NCBI GenBank assembly: GCA_039545335.1
Contig: BCIN01000005.1
Span: 1,457,946-1,499,165 of the forward strand
Direction: 5' to 3'
DNA length: 41,220 nt
Source of the DNA: Kondoa subrosea
Taxonomy: Eukaryota
The position numbers were made by a program, and so were the translations under genes. The notes under the pieces are model-generated. The model was given only the letters and a program-made list of their open reading frames with translations. It searched no databases and was not told the origin of the DNA. Positions within the stretch are counted from its first letter, which is position 1. Every line of letters begins with the position of its first letter. Below are positions 11,337 to 24,366 of the stretch, in pieces.

Positions 11337-13749
11337 ATGGCAGAGATTGTAGCAGAGACTTCAAGCAAAGGCAGGAATTCTTGGCTCTCCATACCTAAAG
11401 GATTGAAGAACCGCAAATCCAGCAAGAATCTCAGCATAGATCTGGCAGTGAAGGATGATAAGCCAGCAAGAAGCAGATCCACTTTCACTGCGCCTCCCAT
11501 CAGTCAAACATCCAGTGCAGATACAGAGAGTGATAGCGGCGCGAAGCCTTTGTTGACTACTCGCAAAACACATCGGTCTCAAATCTCTTCAGAAAGTGGC
11601 TCCTCTAGTGTTTCAGCAGTACTATCTGCTGGGTCTTCTTCTCAACCATCACCTTTACCTTCGCCAATAGCAGTCACTTTTCCAGCTAAAGCAACATCGC
11701 TCAAGTTTACAACTGCGGCACCGATGGCGAATTCAACACCAGCTCACCCACATACTAGATCTAAGCCATCAGAGCCTAAACAAATCGCGTCACTCCTCAG
11801 TCGCGAGAGTCTACGTAAAATATTGGATGATCCCGTTGGTTTATTTAAGTTTGGCACCTTTTTAGCTAATGAATTAGGAGCCGTGTGTCGGTTCTCATCA
11901 TCTCCGATTGCCATGCTGACCAGAATTTTAGGAACAACTCTGCTTTTGGCTGAATGCGGAGCAACATCGATCCGACCTCAACCGATTACAATCGCTCAGT
12001 CGACGTCTACACGATCTTCACGTTCCCAGCTCTGCTCCTCTTGCTCTTAATATATCTTCCGGAGAACGAAGAATGCTGCAGCAAAAAGTAGCCGAGTTTG
12101 CAACCATGCTGGATCCTTTTGCTCAAGCTAGAGAAGCCGCCTTTGTGTCAATGCATGGCGATGCTTGGCCTCGCTTCGTCAAGCATCGGCTTAGCTTGGC
12201 TCAGAATGCTGTCATTCGGGATGAGAATAGGGGAGAGGTTAGTCTTCTGTTTGCCTAGTCTTGCATAGCTGAAATGTCTTCTTAGTTTGTTGACAGCTTT
12301 TGCTTAGCAGGTGAGTAGCTGCGCGGCGAGCACGCTCTCCGACTGATTAGGGCTGGCAGAGGTCACGCAAGGAAAAGATCAGCCTATAGTCATGCTCAGT
12401 CAGGGCTTCGCCAAACAAAGTGGCTATCAGCTAGAGGATGCACTCGGCCACAATTGTGTGAGTGCTCATCCTGTCAGTCTAGCATACTATAAGTGACATG
12501 CGTGGCTAGCGCTTCCTTCAAGGCCCAGGCACTTCGAAATCTGCTATGTCGCGGATCAGAACCGCCTGTAGACTAGGTCTGCCGGCACAAGAACTTCTTC
12601 TGAATTACAAAAAGGAGAAGACACCGATGTGGATTCTTCTTCGCATAGAGGTGAGTTTGCCCGGCAAATGGAAACCTTCGAGCCCTTTTTGATGGTTATG
12701 CAGCCTCTTCGAGACGCAGACGGAACGCTTCGCTACTTACTTGGACATCAGTTCAATGGTGAATATACATCGCAAAGAGCTAATTCTTGGAAACTCATTT
12801 TCGTGTAGTATCGAGTCGGACTTCAGATCTTTCCTACCTTATATCGGATGCATTGGACGACGAAGATGCAGGGTCTGATGCCCCTATGGTCGCTATGCAG
12901 CAGTCGCAAGCAGAAGAAGCCATGAAGAGTCATATATCCTCCCAATTAGGCGCAGCCGAACGCAAAGGATTGTACGTTCTATCTGTGACTATCAAGTCTT
13001 TGGACTCATTATACCTACCAGACCTTCTCGAGGAGGACCATGTGCTTCGCAACCGGGTGATCGAGACAGGCGAATGAAAGACGCAACAGCTCTGGCTTTT
13101 GAAGCCACTTCAGCTCGTCCCCAATCAAGAGATAGAAAGGGACCTCCATCGGTCGCTGCTCCGGTAGGCGGACCGCGGCCAACTTCTGCTGCTGGGTGGA
13201 ACAAACCTTCAACAGCTCGACCTATGTCCTCTAATGCTCGCAAGGAAACCTTCGGAGCCAGTTCTTCTCTTGCCGAGAGGCAAGCTGTGCGCGATATTAC
13301 ACAGATTGGAGAGCTGGAAGGCGAAGCTCAATGGCAATCCGATGTGAGTCAAAGCTTATGGTATAATAAACAGGCCTAATAAATCGCATTCAACAGGCCT
13401 TAGCACGCTTCTGTTTCGTAGATCCTTCAAGTGCCAGGATCTTATACTCTTCTCCAGCTTTGCCTATAGAATGGGCCCAAGGCGAGAGCATAATGGATGC
13501 ACTGAGCAAAGATAATCCAGATGTGTTGGATCGAGTGAAGGAAGCTTTGCAGAAGACAGAAAGCACAAGAGTCGATGCACAGCTTCAGATCACATCTGCC
13601 ACACCGCAGAAAGTTACTCTTAGCATTACTGTGAGTTCCACTGCTGTTGTTTTTGTTGATTCATTCGCTAAACGGCTTTGCAGCCTCTGCTTCAAAATGC
13701 TTCAGAGGTTGGCGGAGTTGTAATCATGTTTGGCGCAAACTATGTATGA
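11337..13749 (+). CDS. RGS-LOV-(PAS-like) blue-light photoreceptor-like protein (BcLOV4-type architecture)
   Basis: Spliced RGS domain (LRKILDDPVGLFKFGTFL..E..AEQLCFWL...LALNIS...DAWPRF). LOV domain FCLAE...DQPIVMLSQGFAKQSGYQLEDALGHNC|RFLQGPGT...ELLLNYKKEKTPMWILLRIE|PLRDADGTLRYLLGHQ. C-terminal PAS-like domain ending GGVVIMFGANYV* (TGA 13747-13749). Confidence 0.88.
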
Positions 13750-14361
13750 GAGATTGCGGAAGGGATTCGTTAGCTACATTGTACATTATTTTTGGGTAAT
13801 CGGGTCATCATGAATGGGCAGGCTCAATCATCGATCAGCATTGATCTCTGTGTAGTGAAGAGTAGTAAAGTAGTAAGATAGAGAACGGTGCTTCGTTTCG
13901 ATGTGATATGTATTACATTGCATAGCTATACGCAAAGGCCCAAAGACCCAGTTCCTGCCTGACCCTTGTTGTTCCAAACAAATCCGATTTCGCCATCTCC
14001 ATTCAAGCCTTAGTAAGTCCAGTACATCCTCTATCCAATGTTCACCACCAAGCATCTTCATCACAGCAGACAAGAGATGGGAAAGACCCGAAGGCGCCGT
14101 CCATTGACCCAAAACGTGAGATCAACACCAAAAAAGGTGGATCTAAACAACGTTCATGAAAGTCGATTTCTTGCTACTTCACTGCTTTAGCCTCTCTGGC
14201 CGATGTGAATGAAATAAACATGGGTCGAGATTAGGTAAGGGGTTTCTTGAACAGATGAAAAGGTTTGGGATGGAGAATAGGTCGATTATACTACACTGCG
14301 ACCAAAATGAGATGATTGCTCATACAAAGAGAAACAAGGACACTCACAAGCTCATTTCCTC

Positions 14362-15423
14362 TCAAAAGGAAAACGCAGTACCAAACACTTCTTCCTTCGG
14401 TGCGCTTGTTTCGTTGAAGAGGAAGGGATCGTGATCTGAGGTGAAGAAGAAAGGCTGTTGGTCAAGGCCAATCTCCTGCGTTGCCTGATTCGAAGAGTTT
14501 GAAAAACCGAAAGCGTTCTCGTCGAAGAGGGGGAATTCTTGAACCAAATTTGAGAGGACGTCTTGATCGGCTGTGCTGATGTAACCAAAGCTGTTGTCTT
14601 GTTGCCCAAACAATGAGTCTGAATAGAGCTCCTCTTGGCAATTGTCGAAATTCGCGGCAGGAATACTTGCTCGCGTGCTACGAGCGAAGTCGACGGTTCA
14701 CCAAGTTGAGCTCCAGGAGATATCAGAGTAGAGGCAGCCAAAATCTTTGCATCGGTTGAAGTTGCAGGATAGAGAGGTGTGAGCAGGGTTTGAGGATTGT
14801 AGCCAAGATCCAGGACCGGGGCAGACGGAACGGAGTTTTGCAGTTCGGATGGCGACAATGAGAAAGCAGAAGACGTAGAAGCAGACTGTTGTGCTGATGG
14901 TTGATTGTTGATCATCATTTGCGACAGCCACTCGAGTTTTCCTTCAAAAGCTTCCAACCGGCTTTGTACTTGAGCACCTTCGGTTTTCGATTCAGCAAGT
15001 TGTTGCCGCAGAAGAGCGTTCTCAGCCTCAAGTTCTGCCAATCGTTGCTGATCTGCTGAGAGAGCAGAGGGAGCTTGAGGCTGAGCGAAAAAGGGCTGAG
15101 CGAGTTGTGCTTCTAGTAGCTGCACTTTGGCTTCAAGCTGTGAGGTGTGCATAAGCTGGGCACACAGAGAATATGTGACGACTACGTACCTCTTCCGTGT
15201 AAGCCTTTCGCCTGTCCCTTGAAGCTTGCGCCGCCTGCCTGTTGCGTTCCATTCTGTCCTCTTTCTTCTTGGCCAAAGGGACAGCGGCTGAAGTAGCTTG
15301 ACCGGTAGCTTTCCTCTTGCGGGTTGTGACAACAGCTGGAGCATCATCTTCTTGCTCCGAGTCGACTTGAGCTCGACTTCTTTTGTTGCTTCGTGAGGAA
15401 TTTGAACTCGGCGAGGCAGACAT
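14362..15423 (-). CDS. HAC1: UPR bZIP transcription factor, HAC1/XBP1 family (Hxl1/Cib1-like); the unspliced form ends at 14352
   Basis: bZIP KKKEDRMERNRQAAQASRDRRKAYTEE|LEAKVQLLE with a conventional intron at 15138-15189. Removing 20 nt (14658-14677) between two 7-nt-loop hairpins shifts into the acidic/aromatic ORF 14362-14613. Confidence 0.88.
14644..14694 (-). other. Ire1-type non-spliceosomal intron structure (20-nt intron, 14658-14677)
   Basis: Minus strand: GCTCG-TAG^CACG-CGAGC and ATTC-CTG^CCGC-GAAT hairpins, enclosed by a GTCGA/TCGAC basal stem. Confidence 0.85.
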
Positions 15424-15840
15424 GGTAGCAAGTATAGATGGTTACTAAGGATCAAGGAGGCTACAAATCATAGCCTGGAAGGCAGTACGTGGCAGTTCGC
15501 GAGTGACACGTCGACGATTCGGGACGAGGAAGCGAGATTTCCTTCGAGAACCTCACCGAACTGCGCCGTGGCAAACCGCTTACTAATTGAAAGTTAAGCT
15601 GGCATGATATAAGCGGAGCTTCTCAAAAGGCTCCTCTCAGCCTCTGTATCGCTCATGACTATCGCATAAATCACAACAGCCGTTCGCCGGAAAAGCGAGC
15701 CTGTCTTCTCACCGATCAGAATTTCCGCTGGACATCTGTGCTTTGCAGGCTTGAGTCTATCGGGTCCTTTACATATGTCTTGCTACTCTCGGTGCTGGTC
15801 TAGTGCTGTTTTCCGGATGACTCCTTCTCAACTTTGTCGC

Positions 15841-16923
15841 ATGGCCTTCATTAGTTTTCTGCTCAATTTCCTGTTCGTAGAACTTTCTGTCTTGCTCCAT
15901 TGTCAGGTCTCTTCTTGCTACGACCGCAGCTGTCCGTACAGCTACTCGTTTCCAGCCTATCATCGATACACTGTATGTAAGCTTGGCCAGCAATGGAAAC
16001 GTCAAATCATCCGCGTGACAAGAGTCGTTGCACCAAAAACGACTGGCCTAGCATCAGATTCAACTGTTCTATTATCGTTACAAACTCAAGATTATACTGA
16101 AATACTTCAATTTCCTCAAACTACAGACGCCGGGCGTCAACCCACTTCAAATGGATCAGATATCTCCCTCGTTACTTCTCTCCCTGCTTCAGTTACTCCG
16201 TCTTCTTCTTCTTCTTCTTCTTCTTCCACTATGTCAGAGAACAACTCGCAACCTGCAAATGAAGATAGCGGACCCTTTCCATGGTATTACGTAGTCGCAG
16301 GGGTTGGAGCTGCGCTTGTTCTGGTCGCATGTATTATTATGTATTATCGCCGAACCGCTAGAAGTAGGAACAAGGATGGGGCAGCTTTCAGCAAAAGGTA
16401 CGGTGACGAGTCTTTCAACGCCAAATCACGTCTCATCATTTACTTGGTCATGGAACAGTTCGACAGTCAGGTCTACTGAAGGCAAACCCCACGAATGGGA
16501 CTGGCAACCACCTTCAATTCCTCGTGAAGCAGAATCACCCTCCTTCATCAACATGGACACGGTCTCTTCGGCTGCCTCGCTATATAGCAAGCGCGACAGT
16601 CAGATTGTTACATTTCCTCCTACACCACTGAACCAGCGACAGAAACCTCCTTCCTCGCCAAGTGCATCGGATTCAGCATTGAGCTGGTACAGAAAGTTCG
16701 TTCTCCAGATGACCCAGTCTTGCTATTTGTAATGATATGACCACCTCATAGCTTCGATGAGTCTCTGGACAATCCTTTTGAGGCTTTGAGCAGTCCTGTG
16801 TCTCTTTCGCCTCTAACCGAAACAGCTAACAAGCATCCCAACCTAAGAGTGCCTTCGTCTGTTTACACAAGAGATTCTTATGCTGGTACATCAAGAATGA
16901 ACAATGCTCAGGCTTCGGCATAG
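15841..16923 (+). CDS. Single-pass membrane protein of unknown function (Ser/Thr-rich ectodomain)
   Basis: Ser-rich stretch, TM segment WYYVVAGVGAALVLVACIIMYY followed by RR, and a spliced Pro/Ser-rich tail ending AQASA* (16921-16923). Start codon uncertain. Confidence 0.6.
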
Positions 16924-17199
16924 TATGTGTCCTCATTATTCCGGCACATTGCTGATATATCAAACAGCTATAATGATCTCGATGATCACTCATCGCATAC
17001 AGGGCAGGACAAACATGTAGAACTGGGAACAGCGTTGTAATGTGAACAATTCCTTGTAAATAGCAAACGCAGATGTACAATACACCTTCAGATTTCCCGA
17101 TATAATTCCAGCTTGAGTTCATGATTATCGCTTCGCAGAACGCAGGAAAGATCACCAAAAGGGGTTCGATCATAGTTTACTTCTTCTTTTGGGTTCTTG

Positions 17200-19504
17200 T
17201 TAGCTGTTAAGATGGTTTTGAGCTAAAAAGGAGGGTTCAGCTATTTGCTCGTGAGAGGGTTCTGAGAAACAGACCTTTGCAGAGAACCAATGGCGAACGT
17301 TGGTGCTCGACCCCAAAACAATGAGCTTTCGTAGACCAGCTTGAAAGGTTGGTGAACTCAGGACGAAACGGACAGCCAGCAAATCGGCAGATTGCAACAG
17401 AGAGATGAGAGCATTTAATGGCATGGCCAAGAACCTATCTTCCGTCTGTATTTGAGTATCTTCCAATAAGCTGAAGCAGAGCAAGCTCAGCAAAGCTGGA
17501 GATTCTGTGCGAAGCATGGCTGTTGCCGTGAAGGCGAAGAAGGATCTTTCCGCTTAGATCGATAATTAGTATTGAAAAGCGCTCAAATGCAATTGAAGCG
17601 CACTATTACAACTCGATTTGAGAAGGTGATTGAGCATCAAATCCAAGTTCTCCGTGAAGTCCAGTTCTATAGCAATGGCAAGCAATACCGTAACTCTCCG
17701 AATTTCCGCGCCGACCTTCCTGTCATTGTCGTGCTCGGGCTCCACTATGATCTTGTATAGCTGGACAACAGATCGCACAAAAGCTTGATTGGCGCGTAGA
17801 GAGCATACTACGCCTTCAATCAGAAGACGATACAGACAGACCGACGGACTGACCGATACAAGGCTGCCTTACTGCTAGAATGATCGACATATGTAAATAT
17901 GCGAGCAAATGAACCGCTTCTCCGTCATATGCGAAACGATCGACAAGCGAAGCAACTCGATTCGATACTAATCGAGAGACCACTTAGCGCGGCCATATTC
18001 TGATAGGGCTGAACATACAAGCAGAGATATCCAAGACATCCACAAAGCTGGCGCAGGCAGAATTGGAAACAAAACACAAGTACTGCAAAAAGCAGGGACC
18101 TAGTGACGTTGAGCTCAAGAAAGTCAGGGCGTTTGGCGTTAGGGATTCCATGAGAAAGTCATGTAGATTGCCGCCCCTCGTATTTCTAGCTAAATTGCAA
18201 AGAACAACGAGCGACCTCTTCTGGCTCTGTTCGTCTGATAAGCGGAGCAAAGCCTATGTGTCAAGGTTCAGCACTGGCTTGAGCGCTCTCGTTGATTTGC
18301 ATACCTTAAATGTAGGTATCAGGTAACGTTCATGCTGAGACAGTATGGTAATGCACGGATCAGCCGAACAATGAGTGAAAGGCGAATTGAAGAGATGCAA
18401 GATTTCTATTTCAACTTCGTAGCAAGCGACGAGCCAAGCATGAGTCTAATACGTCAGGATACTTAGCTTGTACAACAGAGCTGATTTTTGAAACCGCACG
18501 AAATGAATTAACGGTTCTGCATATTCCGGAAATTGGTGACTTGCAGCGAAAATGAACGGAATCGCAACCGCAGCGTGATCGTAAAGAATTTGTAAGGCAA
18601 CAGGAACATTGCATTGTAGCATGTCAAGGAGCGCGTCAAGCAGCTTCACTGCCAAAAGAGGTCGGAGATCTGATTCAAAATTGATCGAAGTCTGTTCTGG
18701 ACCGATCAATATCAGTTAGGAAATAAATGACTTAAACCTACAGCATAGAGTATCACGAGGTGGGCTTGGGTGATAGACTGTAATTCATGCAGGTCTGTTG
18801 CCGTAATGAAGCTGTACAGACTAGCTATCGTTTGCTTGGACCTAGATTCTGCATGATCAGGTCTGAGCACTAACCACATCACCCAGCTCCACGTACAGGG
18901 GCTGGTCGAGACTGCAGAACATGAAGGCGATAGCCATTGCCTTTAGGTGAAGAGGTTCGTCCAGCGGCAGGATTGCGTGAACCTCGGTAGGTAGGCGCAG
19001 CATCGATTCGTTGAAATCATGAGACACTTGTAGCAATATCGATGATATACGTGAAAGTAAAGTGTCTGCGCAGGTGCATATCATCCAATCGTTTCCGTCT
19101 TGCTGGCCCCGAACCACTTCACGAACAGAGTCTCGCAGGTTGAACACTCCTTGAACAAAGGAAGCAGTAACTGGGCAATCGATAAGATGCAACCGCGCAT
19201 GAGATTTGTAGATGAGAGGCATACAAAGAGCAGCCAAAGCAGGCGTGAAAGATTCGTCCAAGTCACATTCGGGACTAGAGCCTGGTTCGAAACAAGTGAG
19301 AAATGCCTCCAGAGCTACGCAAGCAGTATTGATGGCGGCTTCTTCTTCCTCTGACGCGTTCAGTAAGCTGAAAGCTGGCGCTTTCAATGCAGCAATGCGA
19401 TTGACATGCTCGAGCACATCTTGAGCGAGGAGAATAACAGGTTGTTGCTCTAAGGGTCGAACAGTACATTGCGAACCGTCTTCCTCTGATTCTAGAAAGG
19501 ACAT
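17200..19504 (-). CDS. Hypothetical multi-exon, Leu-rich helical protein
   Basis: Chain of co-oriented minus-strand ORFs (18857-19549, 18446-18709, 17984-18250, 17566-17778, 17200-17517) separated by intron-like gaps. ATG at 19504 in an ACCATG context. No motif recognised; 3' end approximate. Confidence 0.55.
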
Positions 19505-19802
19505 GGTGGTGCTCTGATTTTGACCTGATGAAAAAAAACAAGCCAGCACGACAGCGTGTCATTGCGGCATACAGCCGCATAAAGATCGCTTGCATAGGAG
19601 ACTATGCATGATAAGGCATCTCCCACGGCTTGCCGGTAGAAGAGCGCTGTGATGTTCAACGATTTGACTTTCAAGCATAATGCTGACTAAGCACATAGCT
19701 CCTCCCCAATACCCTCAACTCTGACTTCTACGAAGCTTAGAATTCAGGCATAGCTTCAGATGAGTAGTAGTCAGTAGCAGAAGGATTTGGGCGTAGAACA
19801 GC

Positions 19803-22606
19803 CTATTGCAAAATGCAACAGTATCGCAAGCACCTGCACAGGCGGTAAAACGAATGGATTTGCATGTATGCAGAAATGCAACAAGAGTTTGCATCTGGCT
19901 CAGCTGACTCAAGCGACTCAAAACGATGACCATATGAGGCTCTAAGCAGCCAAAGGCATTTCAGAAAGGGTACACATATTACCGAGATGCCGTTGTTTCC
20001 AAAGCGCGCTGAACAATCGAGATCGCGGTGGGAGAAAGTTGAGGTCCATCTGTCTTTGGAACAGTCTGTTGTGGTAAAGCGGAATCTACGGCCTTGCGTT
20101 GTCGAGCGGCTGCTTCTTGCTCCCTTTTTCTTGCTCTCTGCTTTTTGGTAGGAGATCTGAAGGGCGAATCCTTTTCATATCCAGCATCCCGTTTCTGTGA
20201 ATATCGTAATAAGTAGATGAATGAAGAACCTTAAAGTTTAAAGCTGCTTACTATGGGCTTCAGTACCTCTGCTAAGGGTGCGCCTTGATGCAAGAGATCT
20301 CTCGCGCGAATCAATTCCTATGGACAAATTCTGAGCATTGACGCCAGCGCGCAGGACAAGGTACATAACACACCTTGTGGAGATGATCAGCAACTTTGGT
20401 GTTGACATTGCCTACAGTATTTCTTGTGAGTATAAACGGGTCCAAGATGGCCAAACGACTGTTACACCAATTGTGAGGTTCTTGGAAAGTGACCAAGAGG
20501 CGGGGCTCAATTGCAGGTTGTCTTTGCTCCGGTTTCGAAGGTGATGCTTCTTTGGGCAGAGCATTGCCAAGGCTCGGTTTCTTTGCATCTGCTACTGTTG
20601 CAGTCTCTGTCTGTTCGTGCTCGATGTCTTCTTGCTGCGTGACGGCGACTGCTTCATCCACTTCTGGTGTTTCTTCCTCCTCATCTCCTTCTTCCGACCA
20701 CGGATCTGTCGATCTGTCTTCTTTGGTAATCGTAGTAAACGGATACTGTCTAACAACGACATGCTCATCGTGCTACAAGATCAATCAGAGGGGGCCATTG
20801 AAATACCGGCGGTCTTACCCGTATCGAAACAATATGTTTGTCGAAAGCAAAGGTACTATAGTAATCGAAGAAACCAAAAACGGCGTTCTCGAGTGTGCAA
20901 GGAGAAGACTCCCAACCCTCAGCCGGACTAATTTGATACGATGTGTCGTAACCGATGGTTGCGATGTGTTTTGCAGGCTGTTTCCCCCTTGCTCTTGGGC
21001 GACTTCGTTCCATCTGCCACCAGATCGCATCTGCTGAGGTTGGCTGTTCAGGTAATTTTTGTTGGAGATTAGGTAAAACATTGATTGTTTGAAGGTAGGA
21101 GATTAAAAGTAGAATATATGAATAAGATGAAAGCGATACACTGAGCAGATATTTTAGATAATGCTCGACACGGAGAGTAGCTGCCTTACGGCCCTTTGCT
21201 GCCACTCGGATCGTTCAGTTTTCGCTGTTTTGCCCAGAACTTGATCAATTTAGCCATAGGGAAGGTCAGCTGCGGAGCTATACGAAAGTAGCTTTTGAGA
21301 AGGTGAGAATTGCGTAGGCCTGGAAATGTTTGAGACTTCCGCCACATAGTTACCATGCATGCTCACCAAGCTGTTCATTTGTATTAATGTCCGCCTGCAA
21401 TCCACTTTCCAGCTCAAGCTTAACAATTGGCACTTTCGCTCGCACAGGGTTGACAGCTGCGAGACCCAATTGCCTTGCGTACTTTGATATCCGATTCCTA
21501 ACATAGCCAATTTCGTACATTCGAGGCAAACGACCATCCAATTCTGGCCCCCGATATCCGTTAGGTAGAGCGTGATCGATTATGCATAGCTGTTCTTATT
21601 TTCAGATAAGATAGACACAGAAGCAAGTGGCACAAACATCCAAGTCACTTGTGGCTGAAGCAATGCCTACAACAGTGCTTCCAAATGGAACAAGCTCGAA
21701 CCGTTCAAAACTCCGTTTTGTGAACGACCAATCTATAGTCCTCTGTAGGTCTCTAACAAGTTGCTGGCGAACTCTGATGGCTGACGGGCTAGGTTCCGTC
21801 AACTGAAGTCAACTTTCAGTTCGCTGCGAAACACTGCAGCAGTAACAACTGACTTGCGATAGAGACTTTATTTGTTCGCTGAGAGTTTCTCCAGCTCCTG
21901 ATATGCGATCTAGAAGACTTGTTTGATCATCGGAAGAAAGTTGAGGCTCGGCTTTGTGTCTAGGGATTTGGGGAGCTCGAGGTGTCAGCTTCTGCTTATG
22001 CAATGCGATGCGCTGAGTAGATGGACCTTGCTGCATTGAAGGAGATTCTATTTGCCGTCCTTTGCCTTTCGCCGGGGATGAAGGACCGGCAGATCCATCG
22101 AGAGTATGAGATTTCGTGTTGGGAAGCAAAAGAGCTCTAGTACCGGAATCTTGCGACGCCTTTGACGTTAATGCACCAGTTCGCTCCGAAGGAGATGCTT
22201 GATGCTGGGATATATTGCGCTCGAATCGAGGCCATTGTGAAGAGTTAGCCATTGGCGCAATTCCAGTACTAGACTGCTTGTCTCTTGCAACACGTCGCTT
22301 CTCTGAACGAGTCTTAGACTTGCTAGAAGTTCCTTGAGAGATCGCAGTGGCATGTGCAAGCCTAGCAGATGTGCTCATAACTGGCTGTGACGATTCCACG
22401 ATGGACAAGGGAGCTGAGTCTGCGCTGGGATGAGAGGTATTCGCTTCTGGTAAGCGATGTACTGAGGGTTTCCGTTGACGTCTGCCCTGTTTAAGGCTTG
22501 TAGACATGGAAGTGCTATGCCCAATCTCCAATCCGCTAGGAGCGTCTGTCATTGTGCTAAGCCAAAGGTATCTCTTGCCTGTTGGTATATAAAGCGAACG
22601 AAGCAT
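19803..22606 (-). CDS. Non-canonical poly(A) polymerase / terminal uridylyltransferase (Cid1/GLD-2/Trf family)
   Basis: Pol-beta NTase motif FELVPFGSTVVGIASATSDLDVC, AKVPIVKL...ADIN, LSSYSYILLLISYLQ, and PAP-associated LAILDPFILTRNT. Multi-exon; both ends approximate. Confidence 0.85.
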
Positions 22607-23167
22607 ACAGCTTCAATTCATTGAGGTATGATTGTCGAATGTGGTCAAGCGTGTCATTGATGATGATTCTGAAGACTCAAGAGTGTCTCGCGCTGAGGAT
22701 TAATGAGATGCTAAGTTTTCTACATTGATTTAAATCTTTTGTGGACACTCTGCATGAGCAATACCTTCTCAGGTCACTTAGTCCAGAAGTCATCTTGATC
22801 GAAGACACATGTAGTAGCAATCTGTATCAGTCTCAAGTTATGAAATAGAAAGAGAGACCGCGAACAGAAGGCTTGACTGATACCTTCCCTGCAAGTTGAG
22901 ATGAAGAAACAGAACATAGGCAAGACTAGACAAATCTTGACGGCGAGAATGGTGCAGGACAATCGGTAAAGCTCAGCGCAAAGAGGTGCTTGAAGCACTG
23001 CACAGCCTGAAGGGAGAGCTGACGATATGTAGTGGAAGAGCAACAAGCCCAGTGACATCCTGTTTGTACATCTGTCATTGATACTTTTGCGCACCACCGA
23101 ATGAGTATGATATCAGGCAGACTAATAAGACGACATACCTTAAACTATCCCCTAACGGATATATCAA

Positions 23168-23877
23168 TCAATCTACACTAATCCCTCTCCTTTCTAGCTG
23201 AGCAGTATTGACCGAGTCTGCCAAACTACGCTTTTTGAAATGAGCGAGACGAGCTTCTTCCCTCTCTTCTCTGTTGAAATGCCTTCTGTTGCTGCTCAAA
23301 GTACTTCCCGCAGCATCGAAGGTGCCTATGACCGTGCCAAGAATCTGCATACAGTGTCACGATCAGACAAAACATTTGCGAATGCGAGTGAACTCACTGC
23401 GCATGCACCAAAAGCCTGAGGTATCGATCTGTTTTTCAACCCAGCCAAGAATCCGGCCGCACATCCCCCTCTGGCCACAGGAGTTAGCCAAATCAAATTG
23501 ACCAAAGCAAGCCGGTCTAGTTGACTCAGACTCACGCTACACCATTCAAAGCATCATCTGTTTCCCTAACATTGGCTACTGTCGAGTCCACAAAGGTAAA
23601 ACCGACTCCCATTGCTGTGAAGAGACCGATAGTCCCGCCTGTTCGAGTAAAGACACCTTTTGCTCCCTCGTTGTGTGTGTGTAGCGAGTTTTGAATAGCT
23701 GATACAAGAGTGCCGACGAGAGCTGATTGTGTACCAACTGTTGTAGGCACAGTTGTGTGTAAGCATATAAGTCAGAGTATACTGATGAAAGAATAAACCT
23801 CTGAAAGTCCTTGAAACAGTATCTCTTGCTGTGAAAGCTGCGCCAGAGTTGGTTGCAACAGGTCCAGGAGCAGCCAT
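23168..23877 (-). CDS. NDUFA11: Complex I subunit NDUFA11 / 21.3 kDa (Tim17 family)
   Basis: LVSAIQNSLHTHNEGAKGVFTRTGGTIGLF...ANVRETDDALNGVAGGCAAGFLAG...REEARLAHFK across 4 exons. Confidence 0.85.
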
Positions 23878-24366
23878 CTTGTGATTCGTAGATGCAGGAG
23901 ACAAGGAGCTGCCGAGTTTTGTTTGGTCTTGTGTACAAAGATGGGCGAGATCAAGCAGACTATTCAGGCTCTATCAAGGTATATGAGGACACCTGATATC
24001 GTGCTAGATGACTGTTGCAGAGCCGAGGTCAAATGTAAATCTAGCTTTATATGGCTGCACAAAGACAACCGCTCGAAGCAGCCAACAACGCAGATCTTAG
24101 TGTCTGGCGAGAAATCAAGGGTGCTCTACGCATAACATTGTATTCCTATAGTACATTTCCAGACTTCTTCCGCATCCACATTAAAACCCGTCGCCCATGA
24201 TACTTTGAACGGGTGTTGCCTAGATAGGTAATTGTAAGCGTGCCTTTGCAGCATAGCAAGACGAGAAGTAACGAACGTAGTTGACGTGAAGCAGCTGTTT
24301 TGTAAAGACTTCATTTTGGTCGCAGGAAGCGAAGCGATCCAACTTACATAAGTGGTCGAAAGACAG

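Noticed and set aside
16201..16226. (TCT)n repeat
   Set aside because: Encodes an ordinary poly-Ser tract.
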